Below, one piece after another: positions 45,761 to 61,542 of a stretch of 64,000 nucleotides of DNA (position 1 is the stretch's first letter; every line of letters begins with the position of its first letter). The DNA comes from Eledone cirrhosa (lineage: Eukaryota). Location: contig OZ024747.1 of assembly GCA_964016885.1 (NCBI GenBank), forward strand, positions 78,244,001 to 78,308,000, in the 5' to 3' direction. The translations under genes were made by a program, and so were the position numbers. Below the pieces are notes generated by a model. The model searched no databases. It had not been told where the DNA came from and saw only the letters and a program-made list of their open reading frames with translations.

Positions 45761-46535
45761 TGCCCATACAGTGATGTATATAAATACATATAAGTGTACA
45801 CATACAGTGTGTGTGTGTATGTATGTGTGTGTGTGTGCGTGTGTATACACACAATTATGTATGGAAGTTTTAGGAGGGAAAATTTAATATGTATTATCCC
45901 GCCTCTAAACAGCAAAAATAGTTTCTATGAAAGCAACAACCTATTTATGTGTGTGTAATGGGTATAGGTAAGATGATGATGATGATTAGGACGATAATCA
46001 TCATCATCATCAACTGCTATTTTCCATTTCCCAATTATAAGGTTGATGTTCTGGGCCAGTAGTTTAAAGCGGTAGCCGTAGCCACTTTATTGTTCACTCT
46101 GTCATGGTGGTTCTGCCTGAGTATATTAAGCTAAGGACATCAATATCTGTGGAATACTCAGCCACGAGTAGGTAGTTCAGTTGATCTACAACAACACCAT
46201 TTCAACTCAGAAGAATATATCTATAAGAGTGACACAAGAAGACATACCTAAAAGGCATCCAAGATATTTAGTTACACACCTTTAGTTTACATTCTAAGTT
46301 GAATGAGAGACAAGAGGAGAGATAAGATGACATAGTGAGTGACAGGGGTGATAGGGGGAACTATGTTTCTATTTGAAAGAGGAATCTGTGGTAGGAGACA
46401 ATCTTATCTTTAAAGATATGAGACATCCAGTCAGATGAGGTCAGAGGTCGTTAGGGCTAGGTCTGTTGCTAATAAGGTTTTCTAATATAAAGGCAAGATA
46501 AAAAATTTGGGAGCAAGAGGTATTTATTGTCAGGC

Positions 46536-46769
46536 TTAACCCTTTGCAATATTTCTAATGAAAGACAGACATCATTTTTAAAATAATCAAAAACTTTGAG
46601 GGATTTAGTAATGTAACTAACTTTTTCATTAAGTTGGTGTTTGGAATGTGACTTAACAAAGGTTCTTACATAGAATTTTGATGGAAGATTTTTAGAAAGA
46701 CATTTTAAAATATACAACTTTGTATTAAAGTAGAGGTGGTTTCAGACAGTTTTATACGAAAAGGGTTAA
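46536..46769. mobile_element. piggyBac-like MITE, second family (TTAA-CCCTTT...AAAGGG-TTAA)
   Basis: TTAA flanks and short TIRs; related copies at about 4889, 7100, 7960, 12790-13265, 31883, 36345, 58700-58948, 61163 and 62281. Confidence 0.75.
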
Positions 46770-47080
46770 ATCAATACCAGTTGAATAATTTAACTGATCC
46801 TCTATTTTATCACCATGAACCCCTTCCCTGGGAAGGGTGAAGAGCAAAGTTGACCATGGCAGGATTTGAACTCAGTAAAAAGGATAATCTTATTCAGTGT
46901 ATATAAGCATAAATATCAGCCACCTATACCATCGCCACTTCAATTATATATGTGGGAGATCAAAAACTCCGAGGTCTGGAGATTCCAGACACAAACTGCC
47001 TCACAGTCCCACCAAATAGAATAGAGAAAGCTTATACGAGAGGATAGTGAAGAAGACACATTGGAATAACCATTTTGACG

Positions 47081-47240
47081 GTATTGGTAGAGTGTCGGGC
47101 AACATGCTTCGCAGTGTAGAGTTACGGCCCTTTATGTTCTGAGTTCAAATCCCGCCGAGGTTAACTTTGCCTTTCATCCTTACAGGGTTGATAAAATAAA
47201 GTACCAGTAATACACTGGGATACTTAATTGACTTTCCCCC
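47081..47240 (+). mobile_element. tRNA-derived SINE with a central domain resembling the Nin/Deu type
   Basis: GAGTTCAAATCCCGCCGAGGTTAACTTTGCCTTTCATCCTTACAGGGTTGATAAAATAAAGTACCAG; multiple copies in the window. Confidence 0.8.
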
Positions 47241-47797
47241 ATCACAAGGCTCAGTTCTGTGTTAGCGAATCATAGTCCCCCGACCTGATCCTTCACAGCC
47301 CGTCCTACCCATGCTAGTGCGGAAGATGGATGTTAAACGATGATGATGAAGGCTCGCTCCTGCAAATAGCCAACCCTATCCAGATAAGAGTGTGTAAGGA
47401 GGTGGTTCATGGACCAAAAATACCATAAATCTACACCACTACAGGTTCAACAAGAAACCTATAAGAAAGTTTGAGATCTTCATTTTATCAGGCAATGAAA
47501 GCTAGGTCTGTCACCGTGCCAGTGGAGAAAGTGTTGCCACATGTCACATCCCAGATGACAATTATATACTGATAGATATTAGTACTCATACATCATCGTT
47601 TAATGGGAATGGCATCGATGATATAATAAGGGTGACGTTTTTAAAACTAAATACAGAGATATGAAGTTATGAAATAAGCAGAATTAAATGAGGTCAGACA
47701 AGACAAGAAGAAAGTTGTAAAGGTTTGAGAGAGGTTGGGTAAAAAAAAAATGGAAAAAATGTATGTGTGTGTGTATATTGTTATTTCACTCTCTCTG

Positions 47798-47902
<105 letters not shown>

Positions 47903-48099
47903 GATAACAAGTTATCGTTATAGGTAAACCAGTTAGAGGTTGTGAGTGCTCTGCGACCATAGGTAAATAATGTATTGGAGATCGAATAACGCAACATCAA
48001 GCGATTAGCAAACTCTAGACCCACATGATCAACGAAACAATTGTCAATACTTTAAATAAAGCCCTTATTGTACAGCCAGCCATGTTAATCTTCATTGTT

Positions 48100-48134
<35 letters not shown>

Positions 48135-48188
48135 GTGGGAAAGTAAGAAATTGGAGAATAGACCGTTAAAACATGTTTATTTAAAACA

Positions 48189-48230
48189 GCACCTACGTAC
48201 GTTTCGCCCAGTTGGGCTTCTCAAGGGCAT
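48189..48230 (-). ncRNA. Variant hammerhead-like motif with a CUUGAGAA core
   Basis: Minus strand: TGCC-CTTGAGAA-GCCC AACT GGGC-GAAAC-GTAC-GTA-GGTG, then AATAAA; lies in an island flanked by TA repeats. Confidence 0.55.
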
Positions 48231-48312
48231 AAATAATCAAAAGCGTTCCTTACATTGCTCGGAAAGAGTTTTGGGGGTTAAATCCACGTCAAGGTTCATT
48301 GCTCGCAAAATA

Positions 48313-48351
<39 letters not shown>

Positions 48352-48451
48352 TATAAAATAACAGGAGGCTGGACTGGTGTAATTCCTTAAAGGTTTGTTA
48401 TACTATGAACATTTCAATGACCAGGTTCAGTATAAATCCGATATATATATA

Positions 48452-48518
48452 CAGGGTGTCCCCAAAAAATATATACACATATTTATTAAAGTGTGTATAC
48501 ATTTTTGGGACCCCAGTG
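48452..48518. mobile_element. Tiny Tc1/mariner-like MITE
   Basis: TA-CAGGGTGTCCCCAAAAAATATATACACA...TGTGTATACATTTTTGGGACCCCAGTG inverted termini. Confidence 0.6.
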
Positions 48519-48524
48519 TGTGTG

Positions 48525-48555
<31 letters not shown>

Positions 48556-50160
48556 TTGTGTGAGAGGGAGAGACAGAGAGAGAGAGAAGGGAAGGGGGAG
48601 TTAAGTGGATTCACAAGGAAATGCTTTTACAATGAATGTATATATGTATGTGTATGTACTATATATGTATGTGCATGTAGTATATATGTATGTGTATATA
48701 TACTATATATGTATGTGTATATATAATGTGTATGTACTATATATGTATGTAAGTATATGAACTGTATGTGTATGTACTATATATGTATGTGTATGTACTA
48801 TATATGTATGTGTATGTACTATATATGTATGTGTATGTACTATATATGTGTGTATGTACTATATATGTGTGTATGTACTGTATGTACTGTATATGTGTAT
48901 GTACTGTGTGTGTATGTACTGTATATGTGTATGTACTGTATATGTGTATGTACTGTGTGTGTATGTACTATATATGTGTGTGTACTACTTAATGGTAAGT
49001 GGCAGGTAAGTTAAAGTGACATAGCTATTTATACAATAGATATTTTGTAACCAGCTAGCTTTTCTTCTCTTCTACCCTGCCCCCCCCCCTTTTTTTTTCT
49101 TTTTTTCTTTCTTTCTCCCCATCAGCAAGCAACCTGCAAGAAAGCAGCGCCCACTTTTGTTCAGAGATCACAGGGGAAAATATACAATAATGAAGTAAAA
49201 TAAACTAACATTAATAGGACAATGCTCCACTAGCTTTTGTGGAGTTGTGAGTTCATATTCCCATGGTGTACATGATGTGGGCCTAGAGATACACAGTTAC
49301 TCATGGATATCCGATACCCACTCTAGTATAGGTGGGTAGGTCTAGAGAAATGGAGGTGTCCATGAATATTTGATGCTCACCTTTAAAAAAAAAACATTCT
49401 GGTGCCCAGCATGGCCACATCCCTTAGGCTGGAATAGGTAAAAGAGCCACTCTTGGGTCTTGAGAGATGCCTCATCCCCTGATCCCCAAACAGCCCTTAT
49501 TTTGGGGTTCCAAGAGAAATATTGCAAGTTGTGTACTTCCTTTCTTCATTGGGTTTTCAATTCCTGATGAAGTTGAAAGGGATCCATTGAAATATACAAC
49601 AAAACCTGGCAAGTACTGGACTGATATGGAGTGACAGGGGTGCCATAGTGACACACTTTAAATCTAGTGCAGCCCATCCCCTTTCCAGGGGTCTCAACAT
49701 AGCCCGATTTGTCCCTGAGAGAGAATAAAATAGAGGGGAAAAAAATAAATAAATAAATAAAATCGACCTCAGAACTGGACTGGGGATTTTTTTGAAAGGA
49801 TGAAATGCAAAGTTGATCTGAATGGGATTTGAACTCAGAGAGAATAGAGTCAGAATAAATACCACAGGGCCTTTCTATCCAGATATAAATTGCCAAGGTT
49901 GATCTTGAACACAAATTTAACTTAGATATAAGGAATGAAACTAACAAAGTAGAAAAGCAGTTGTTGCATCAACAGTCACCCAGCCTGCTATATCTACAAT
50001 CTTACCCATGTGCACTGCCAGTAGCTGCTGCATCAACATCACTCAACCTGCCATATCTATAATCTTACCCATGTGCACCGCCCCTATTTATGCGTATACA
50101 TATTACTGAACAAGATTAATCTAATTAATAATGACTCTGGTTAATTACAGTGTAAGTAGA

Positions 50161-50235
<75 letters not shown>

Positions 50236-50446
50236 AAAAATTTGAAGAAAACGAAAAATAGAAAGAAACACTATCGAAATCTAATATACAAAAGAAAACA
50301 ACAAAAAAAAAAAGAAAACTAAATATAAAACAAAAATTAAATGAAAGCAGAGTATAAGAAGAGTGCTAACTGGTGTGAAAGCACAATTTTTATTTCTCAG
50401 GAGTTCAAATTACAAGAGAAAGGGTTTTCTTTTTCCCACAATAACC

Positions 50447-52645
50447 ACCCACCCCACTAGCCATATAACTCACATACCCACCCAATAGCCATATAACTCA
50501 CATACCCACCCCAATAGCTATATAACTCACATACCCACCCCAATAGCTATATAACTCACATACCCACCCCAATAGCTATATAACTCACATACCCACCCCA
50601 ATAGCTATATAACTCACATACCCACCCCACTAGCCATATAACTCACATACCCACCCCACTAGCCATATAACTCACATACCCACCCCACTAGCCATATAAC
50701 TCACATACCCACCCAATAACTATATAACTCACATACCCACCCAATAACTATATAACTCACATACCCACCCAATAACTATATAACTCACATACCCACCGAA
50801 TAGCTATATAACTCACATACCCACCGAATAGCTATATAACTCACATACCCACCCAATAGCTATATAACTCACATACCCACCCAATAGCCATATAACTCAC
50901 ATACCCACCCCACTAGCCATATAACTCACATACCCACCCCACTAGCCATATAACTCACATACCCACCCCACTAGCCATATAACTCACATACCCACCCAAT
51001 AGCTATATAACTCACATACCCACCCAATAGCTATATAACTCACATACCCACCCAATAGCTATATAACTCACATACCCACCCAATAGCTATATAACTCACA
51101 TACCCATCCAATAGCTATATAACTCACATACCCACCCCACTAGCCATATAACTCACATACCCACCCAATAGCTATATAACTCACATACCCACCCAATAGC
51201 TATATAACTCACATACCCACCCAATAGCCATATAACTCACATACCCACCCAATAGCTATATAACTCACATACCCACCCAATAGCTATATAACTCACATAC
51301 CCACCCAATAGCTATATAACTCACATACCCACCCAATAGCTATATAACTCACATACCCACCCAATAGCTATATAACTCACATACCCACCCAATAACTATA
51401 TAACTCACATACCCACCCAATAACTATATAACTCACATACCCACCCAATAACTATATAACTCACATACCCACCCAATAGCTATATAACTCACATACCCAC
51501 CCAATAGCTATATAACTCACATACCCACCCAATAACTATATAACTCACATACCCACCCAATAACTATATAACTCACATACCCACCCAATAACTATATAAC
51601 TCACATACCCACCCAATAGCTATATAACTCACATACCCACCCAATAGCTATATAACTCACATACCCACCCAATAACTATATAACTCACATACCCACCCAA
51701 TAGCTATATAACTCACATACCCACCCCAATAGCTATATAACTCACATACCCACCCAATAGCTATATAACTCACATACCCACCCCACTAGCCATATAACTC
51801 ACACACCCACCCAATAGCCATATAACTCACATACCCACCCAATAGCCATATAACTCACATACCCACCCAATAGCTATATAACTCACATACCCACCCAATA
51901 GCTATATAACTCACATACCCACCCAATAGCTATATAACTCACATACCCACCCAATAGCTATATAACTCACATACCCACCCAATAACTATATAACTCACAT
52001 ACCCACCCAATAGCTATATAACTCACATACCCACCCAATAGCTATATAACTCACATACCCACCCAATAACTATATAACTCACATACCCACCCAATAGCTA
52101 TATAACTCACATACCCACCCCAATAGCTATATAACTCACATACCCACCCAATAGCTATATAACTCACATACCCACCCCACTAGCCATATAACTCACACAC
52201 CCACCCAATAGCCATATAACTCACATACCCACCCAATAGCCATATAACTCACATACCCACCCAATAGCCATATAACTCACATACCCACCCAATAGCTATA
52301 TAACTCACATACCCACCCAATAGCTATATAACTCACATACCCACCCAATAACTATATAACTCACATACCCACCCAATAACTATATAACTCACATACCCAC
52401 CCAATAACTATATAACTCACATACCCACCCAATAGCTATATAACTCACATACCCACCCAATAGCCATATAACTCACATACCCACCCAATAGCCATATAAC
52501 TCACATACCCACCCAATAGCCATATAACTCACATACCCACCCAATAGCCATATAACTCACATACCCACCCAATAGCTATATAACTCACATACCCACCCCA
52601 CTAGCCATATAACTCACATACCCACCCAATAGCTATATAACTCAC
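50447..52645. repeat. 26/27-bp minisatellite (ACCCACCCAATAGCTATATAACTCACAT), about 80 copies
   Basis: Seen directly. Confidence 0.97.
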
Positions 52646-53950
52646 CCATCCAACAAGAAGCTTTTACTGCCTGCTTTTAGTTAGTTGGGAGAGCCAGGGT
52701 GTCTTTTCATGGTGAGAATTAGTAGTAAGTATTTTTACTTGTTGCTTCTGTGATGTTGCTGTATTACTTGGAAGACTATAATTATAATCCTTTGCTACCA
52801 GGGTTACCCTACATATGACCCCTTCCTTTTATCACAGCTCCAAGACCCTATATGCTCCACTTGCTATAAATAGCAGCCAAATTATCTCAAATGACACCCT
52901 ACTGTCTTAGAAAAGGACAAATTGGATAATATCTTTCTAGTTTCCCTGTACATAGAGAAAAGATGGAACGGGATGGGATGGTCACAGCTGGAATACTTTT
53001 TGATCATAGGTCTGCTCAGTCAGGGTTGACCAGGGGCTAAATACACATTTTAAGTTAGTCTAAATACAACAGACCAATCTAAGATCAAAGACAGTCCAGC
53101 TGTGACCATCTATCCCCTCCTTTTGTTTGGAGGGGGGGGGGGGGGGCTACAATGTTCAATGTGGCCTCTTTTGTCTTAAACTGTAGAATATGACAACCTT
53201 TTATCATTCATATTACTCTATATATATACTATTGTATTTTCGTAGTAAAGGCTTTATGTCACATAATTATCTCACATAATACCGAATCTATGAGATTTTG
53301 ATATTTATTTTGAGAACAACACCCTAACGTCTGTATAAGTGGCCGGTTACAACCGGTTTGAACAGAAAGAGGTGAGAAATTCTGGCCTGATATGGCCGGT
53401 TTAAACGCTAAAGGAAACTTGGTTGCTATTTCAAGCAGGTGGAGTTCCTTGTTGTTTAGCTCCAGGTCAACTCTGATCATGTTGACTTCTATATAACCAA
53501 AGGCAATCCAGACATGACCCCTCTATCTTTAGCCTATATGCAGCGAACTCAAGACCACACAATCTAATGTGCACCTTTTTAAGATGTTAGGGTGTAATTT
53601 GAAGGAAATTTAGCTGCTACTTCTAGCATGTCACACCACCATGTAGAAACTCCCAAGCTGGAGTATTTTAACAAGGAGAATGATGATGTTGCTTGAATAA
53701 ACACAAAAAATAAGAAGGTGCAAGACATGGCAGCTAAATGTCCCTCAAATCAAATACTACTGCCTTAAATAAAGAAAAAGACACATTGCAGTTTATCATC
53801 CTAGATACACAAGTCTTGAAAAAAAGGTGGTATGGTCATGACTGGAACGTCTATGATTCAAGGCTAAACTCTCACCATCCTACATTTAAATTAACCTATT
53901 TTGTTCAACAATAACATAAATAGATTTTATTTAGGTTCTTCAATTAGTTC

Positions 53951-54142
<192 letters not shown>

Positions 54143-54394
54143 GGGTGGAACTCAGAAAATTGAATTAACTTTTCAAGATTTGAACTTGTCACAGTTCAAG
54201 TTGAAAGTTGGTACCAAATCATGTGTGTACATGTGTGTGTATGTTCACATGTGTGTGTATGTGTGTGTGTTCACGTGTATGTCTATGTTCACATGTGTGT
54301 ATGTGTGTGTATGTATTTTCTTACATGTATGAAAATTGCATATACACACATGTGAACATAGACATGCACACAGTGTGTGTATGCATATATATCA

Positions 54395-57300
54395 ATATCA
54401 AAGTGTATGTGTGTGTATATATGCACATATATCAAAGTGTGTGTATATGCACATATATCAAAGTGTATATGTGTGTATATGTACATATATCAAAGTGTAT
54501 GTATATGTACATATATCAAAGTGTGTGTATATGCACATATATCAAAGTATATATGTGTGTATATGTACATATATCAAAGTGTATGTATATGCACATATAT
54601 CAAACTGTGTGTATATGCACATATATCAAACTGTGTGTGTATGTGTACATATATCAAACTGTGTGTGTATATGTACATATATCAAACTGTGTGTGTATAT
54701 GTACATATATCAAACTGTGTGTATATGTACATATATCAAACTGTGTGTGTATATGCACACATATCAAACTGTGTGTGTATGTGTACATATATCAAACTGT
54801 GTGTGTATGTGTACATATATCAAACTGTGTGTATATGCACATATATCAAACTGTGTGTATATGTACATATATCAAACTGTGTGTATATGTACATATATCA
54901 AACTGTGTGTGTATATGCACACATATCAAACTGTGTGTGTATGTGCACATATATCAAACTGTGTGTATATGCACATATATCAAACTGTGTGTGTATGTGT
55001 ACATATATCAAACTGTGTGTGTATGTGTACATATATCAAACTGTGTGTGTATGTGTACATATATCAAACTGTGTGTATATGCACATATATCAAACTGTGT
55101 GTATATGTACATATATCAAACTGTGTGTATATGTACATATATCAAACTGTGTGTATATGTACATATATCAAAGTGTGTGTATGTGTACATATATCAAACT
55201 GTGTGTATATGTACATATATCAAACTGTGTGTATATGCACATATATCAAACTGTGTGTGTATGTGTACATATATCAAACTGTGTGTGTATATGTACATAT
55301 ATCAAACTGTGTGTGTATGTGTACATATATCAAACTGTGTGTGTATATGTACATATATCAAACTGTGTGTGTATGTGTACATATATCAAACTGTGTGTGT
55401 ATGTGTACATATATCAAACTGTGTGTGTATGTGTACATATATCAAACTGTGTGTGTATGTGTACATATATCAAACTGTGTGTGTATGTGTACATATATCA
55501 AACTGTGTGTGTATGTGTACATATATCAAACTGTGTGTATATGTACATATATCAAACTGTGTGTATATGTACATATATCAAACTGTGTGTGTATATGTAC
55601 ATATATCAAACTGTGTGTGTATGTGTACATATATCAAACTGTGTGTGTATATGTACATATATCAAACTGTGTGTGTATATGCACATATATCAAACTGTGT
55701 GTGTATATGCACATATATCAAACTGTGTGTGTATGTGTACATATATCAAACTGTGTGTGTATATGTACATATATCAAACTGTGTGTGTATATGCACATAT
55801 ATCAAACTGTGTGTGTATGTGTACATATATCAAACTGTGTGTATATGCACATATATCAAAGTGTATGTATATGTACATATATCAAACTGTGTGTGTATAT
55901 GTACATATATCAAACTGTGTGTGTATGTGTACATATATCAAACTGTGTGTATATGTACATATATCAAACTGTGTGTGTATGTGTACATATATCAAACTGT
56001 GTGTGTATGTGTACATATATCAAACTGTGTGTATATGTGTACATATATCAAACTGTGTGTATATGTACATATATCAAAGTGTGTGTATGTGTACATATAT
56101 CAAACTGTGTGTGTATGTGTACATATATCAAACTGTGTGTATATGTACATATATCAAACTGTGTGTATATGTACATATATGTGCATATACACACAGTTTG
56201 ATATATGTACATATACACACAGTTTGATATATGTACATATACACACACAGTTTGATATATGTACATATACACACAGTTTGATATATGTACATATACACAC
56301 AGTTTGATATATGTGCATATACACACAGTTTGATATATCAAACTGTGTGTATATGTACATATATCAAACTGTGTGTATATGTACATATATCAAACTGTGT
56401 GTATATGCACATATATCAAAGTGTGTGTATATGTACATATATCAAACTGTGTGTGTATATGTACATATATCAAACTGTGTATATGTACATATATCAAACT
56501 CTGTGTATATGTACATATATCAAACTGTGTGTATATGCACATATATCAAAGTGTGTGTATATGTACATATATCAAACTGTGTGTGTATATGTACATATAT
56601 CAAACTGTGTGTATATGTACATATATCAAACTGTGTGTATATGTACATATATCAAACTGTGTGTGTATGTGTACATATATCAAACTGTGTGTGTATGTGT
56701 ACATATATCAAACTGTGTGTATATGCACATATATCAAAGTGTGTGTATATGTACATATATCAAACTGTGTGTGTATATGTACATATATCAAACTGTGTGT
56801 GTATGTGTACATATATCAAACTGTGTGTGTATGTGTACATATATCAAACTGTGTGTGTATGTGTACATATATCAAACTGTGTGTGTATGTGTACATATAT
56901 CAAACTGTGTGTATATGCACATATATCAAAGTGTGTGTATGTGTACATATATCAAACTGTGTGTATATGCACATATATCAAACTGTGTGTACATGCACAT
57001 ATATCAAAGTGTGTGTATATGTACATATATCAAACTGTGTGTGTATATGTACATATATCAAACTGTGTGTATATGCACATATATCAAAGTGTGTGTATGT
57101 GTACATATATCAAACTGTGTGTATATGCACATATATCAAACTGTGTGTATATGCACATATATCAAAGTGTGTGTATATGTACATATATCAAACTGTGTGT
57201 GTATATGTACATATATCAAACTGTGTGTATATGCACATATATCAAAGTGTGTGTATATGCACATATATCAAACTGTGTGTATATGCACATATATCAAAGT

Positions 57301-58040
57301 GTGTGTATGTGTACATATATCAAACTGTGTGTATATGCACATATATCAAACTGTGTGTATATGCACATATATCAAAGTGTGTGTATATGTACATATATCA
57401 AACTGTGTGTGTATATGTACATATATCAAACTGTGTGTGTATGTGTACATATATCAAACTGTGTGTATATGCACATATATCAAACTGTGTGTGTATGTGT
57501 ACATATATCAAACTGTGTGTATATGTGTACATATATCAAACTGTGTGTATATGCACATATATCAAACTGTGTGTATATGCACATATATCAAACTGTGTGT
57601 ATATGCACATATATCAAACTGTGTGTGTATGTGTACATATATCAAACTGTGTGTATATGTACATATATCAAACTGTGTGTGTATGTGTACATATATCAAA
57701 CTGTGTGTGTATGTGTACATATATCAAACTGTGTGTATATGCACATATATCAAACTGTGTGTGTATGTGTACATATATCAAACTGTGTGTGTATGTGTAC
57801 ATATATCAAACTGTGTATATATGCACATATATCAAACTGTGTGTATATGCACATATATCAAACTGTGTGTGTATGTGTACATATATCAAACTGTGTGTGT
57901 ATGTGTACATATATCAAACTGTGTGTGTATGTGTACATATATCAAACTGTGTGTATATGTACATATATCAAACTGTGTGTATGTGTACATATATCAAACT
58001 GTGTGTGTATATGTACATATATCAAACTGTGTGTGTATGT
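54395..58040. repeat. 26/28-bp minisatellite (ATATCAAACTGTGTGTATATGTACAT) with an internal inverted block at about 56178-56336
   Basis: About 130 copies; 6 units in the middle read CAGTTTGATAT. Confidence 0.97.
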
Positions 58041-58113
58041 TGCCTATTGAAGGAGCAGGCCCAGTGATAAGCAACAGTGACTTTCACTCACCAAGTAGGA
58101 TTATGGAGGAAGG

Positions 58114-58154
<41 letters not shown>

Positions 58155-58268
58155 AGGATATGTTGCCTCTCCACCCCACCCTACTCCCATTAATCCCCCA
58201 CCCCCCACACACACACATTTCACTAAACTGTATGTACTTATAAAAAAACTGAAGCACACCCCACATTA

Positions 58269-58314
<46 letters not shown>

Positions 58315-58479
58315 CTGCAAGATTAGCAATATCAGACAGGTTCAGCTAACAGGTGGATTATCTGTCCTCTTCAGAATAACAACAACAACAAAAATACTAA
58401 CATCTATTTTTGATAACAGAACATAACTTGTGAACCATCAGGCTGTCAAAGCCTGCAAAAAATAAGCAGCCAAATTCAC

Positions 58480-58948
58480 TTAACCCTTGCATTTAAACCG
58501 GCCATATCTGGCCAGAATTCTCTCACCTCTTTCTGTTCAAACCGGCTGTAACTGTCCACTCATACTGATGTTAAGATATTGTTCTCAAAATAAATATCAA
58601 AATCTCATAGATTCAACATTATGTGATATAATTATGTAAGGTAAGGCTTTTACTGTAAAAATACAATAGTATATATAGATTAATGTAAATGCTAAAAGGT
58701 TAACCCTTTCATTGTTCGCATTTCCAATGAAATACACTATTCTAATTAAGTAATTAATAAAGAATTTTGAGGGATTTACTAAAATTATTAATTATTTATT
58801 TACTAAGATTATAACTTTAGTAAATCCCTCAAAGGTTCTTGTATAAAAATATTGAAGATTTTTATTTTAATTGGAAACCTTTAAAATGGGTGATTTTATT
58901 TCATAGAACCAGAGCACGTTTTGACTGCGTTGTCAACAAAAGGGTTAA
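58480..58948. mobile_element. Two abutting piggyBac-like MITEs sharing the TTAA at 58700-58703
   Basis: TTAA-CCCTTGCATTTA...TAAATGCTAAAAGG-TTAA-CCCTTT...AAAAGGG-TTAA. Confidence 0.75.
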
Positions 58949-59301
58949 AACGCACCCTTATATCATTCTAACCCTTTTATTACCATATTCCTAAAGTAAT
59001 ACACTGCTAATATCCTTCAATTAATATTGAAAACAATCAAAAGTTTATGTTCCAACTTAATACTAAATCTTTCCAATCCTACCAAGGAAAGTCAACTTTG
59101 CCTCTCGTCTTTCTGGGGTCAATAAAATAAAATACCAGTCAAGTATTGGGTTTGATTTAATTAACTTTGCTCCCAGCCCCACACCATCCCCAAGATTTTC
59201 TGGTCTTGTGCCTAAATTAGAAACCATTATCATAAAATAATTTCAGGAACCATGAATGAAAAACTAGATGAGAGTGAGATAGAGAGAGATAGAGAGAGAG
59301 C

Positions 59302-59343
<42 letters not shown>

Positions 59344-59864
59344 GAGAGAAGTAGAGATAGAGTGAGACAGAGTGAGATAGAGTGAGAGCTAGAGAGCTAG
59401 AGAGAGAGAGAGAGAGTGAGACAGAATGAAATAGAGAGTGATAGAGTGAGATGGAGAGTGAGGTGAGGGAAAGGCTAGAAGATTCTCACAAGTGTTAAAT
59501 ATCAATGAAAGAATCTTTAAATGCTCCACTGACTTGGACCATATAATATCCTCTACAATATCATGGACATTTTCCACTGACTAGTTACATTCAATATAAT
59601 GACGATGATTATCACTATATACTGCAGTTAGTGAAACAGCAGAACAATCTTTAAACTGCTTAGATTAGTTAAGCCTTGTGCCTTTTCTTTTATTTGTTTC
59701 ACTCATTACACTGTGGCCATGCTGGGGCACTGCTTTGAAGGGATTTAGTCAATTACATTGACCCTAACGCTTTTTTTTCAAGCTTGGTACTTGGTACTAT
59801 TTTTATTGATCTCTTTTTATTGAACTGCTATGTTACAGGATATAAAAGTATCGATCGACTTTCG

Positions 59865-60054
59865 TCAAATCGGACCAAGGAAACAATGTTTCCATTGGTC
59901 TTTCCAGTTGCTAGTACTATCTATCAGTCGCAACTCCAAGTAGAAGGAGCAACGTGAAATAAAGTGTCTTGCTTAAGGACATAACGCATCGGCTGGTCCA
60001 GGAATCAAACTCACAACCTCAAGATTGTGAATCCAATTCTCTAACCACTCAGCC
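59865..60054 (-). mobile_element. tRNA-derived SINE, paralogue of 12990-13196
   Basis: Shared sequence over about 190 bp. Confidence 0.8.
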
Positions 60055-61162
60055 AGGATTTAAACAAAGTACAAAATTAAACACACACATATATCATCAT
60101 CGTTGACTTATCAACCCCGTTATCATCATTTGTGTTAACACTGTTTTCCATGATAACTTGAGTTGGAGAGAGAAAGAGAGAAAAGGGAAACATGTTGATG
60201 ATATATATAAAGAAAGAATGTGTTGAACAGACAAGACTGCTCTAGACTGAAAAGATGATTTAATTGAAGTAGTTTGTCTCAAAATATTTCACATCTCAGT
60301 GAGCAGAATTGTTAAAAGTATGTATGCAAGGATACTAAACTTCTGATGAACTTGTAGGAGCATTTTAACCCTTTCAATAACCCAACCCAACCAAAAATGT
60401 TTCTAGTTCTTATCAAACAAAACCATCCATTTAAAAGGTTACAATTTAAATTAAAATCTGCTCTCTATATATATATATATCATCATCATCCCTATTTAGC
60501 ATCCATTTTTCCATGCTTGCATGGGTTAGACAAGTCATCCATGCCGGGAGACAGGTCTGGCCAGAATTGGTCATGCCATACCTTGCTCTGACAAGGACTA
60601 TAAATTTGGCTGGGGATTTTACAGCTGGATGGCCTTCCTAACACCAACCATATATACAGTGTATATATTTATATATATATTGTTATATTTGGGGAGGGTC
60701 ATATTGTTATAATATTGCCAGAAATAATAATAAAACAGCGAGAGAGAGATGAGCAGATATAAAGGAAGAATTGGCATTGAAATAGCACTTTATTGCCCAT
60801 GAAAGACACAATTGAAAGACACAGTTGACCTTGACAAGATTTGAATTCAGAGAGTAAAAAGTTGGAACAACTAACAACTCTGCCACTTCACCTTCAATTT
60901 TTAAAAGACAACAGGAGTTCAAAGCCATTTAAATAAACTAAAATGTATCAGGTTGTTAGGCCTTAATTCACCTTCAGGCAATGATACTTGAGGAGTTGGT
61001 AAAGTTGTATTTTGATACCAGATATTGAGAGCAACAATTTGAAACCCTGATAAATTAACAGACCCACCCACTGGGGAGACTAAAACCATGTATATCACTT
61101 ACCAGGTGATAGATACGTGAGTCGTTTGTCGACTTAGATAAATTACTTTAGTCAGTCATGCC

Positions 61163-61490
61163 TAACCCCTTTGATACCAATCTGCCCCAAACACCTCTGG
61201 TTCTCCCAAGCAAACCCACCTATTTTAAAGGGTTCCAATCCAAATCAAAATCTTCCAACATAATTTTTATATAAGAGCTATATATATAAAGTTGCTAAAA
61301 TTATTTCTCTTAACTAAAAGATTAAGTCTACCGAAATTCTTGAATTAAATCAAATAGTATTTTGTTATAAATATGGTAACAAAATGCTTAACTTAACTTA
61401 TAAAAACTACCAATATTTAATTTTTTAAAATAAACCCAGACACACACAATATATATATATATATATAGATCAAATCTTGGACACACACAC

Positions 61491-61542
<52 letters not shown>

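Noticed and set aside
50447-52645. Telomere-like C-rich repeat
   Set aside because: The unit is a 26/27-bp minisatellite with no TTAGGG/CCCTAA runs
54208-58243. 560-700 aa Cys/His-rich ORFs that superficially resemble zinc fingers
   Set aside because: All three frames of a 26/28-bp minisatellite are open; unit length is not a multiple of 3; no C2H2 spacing
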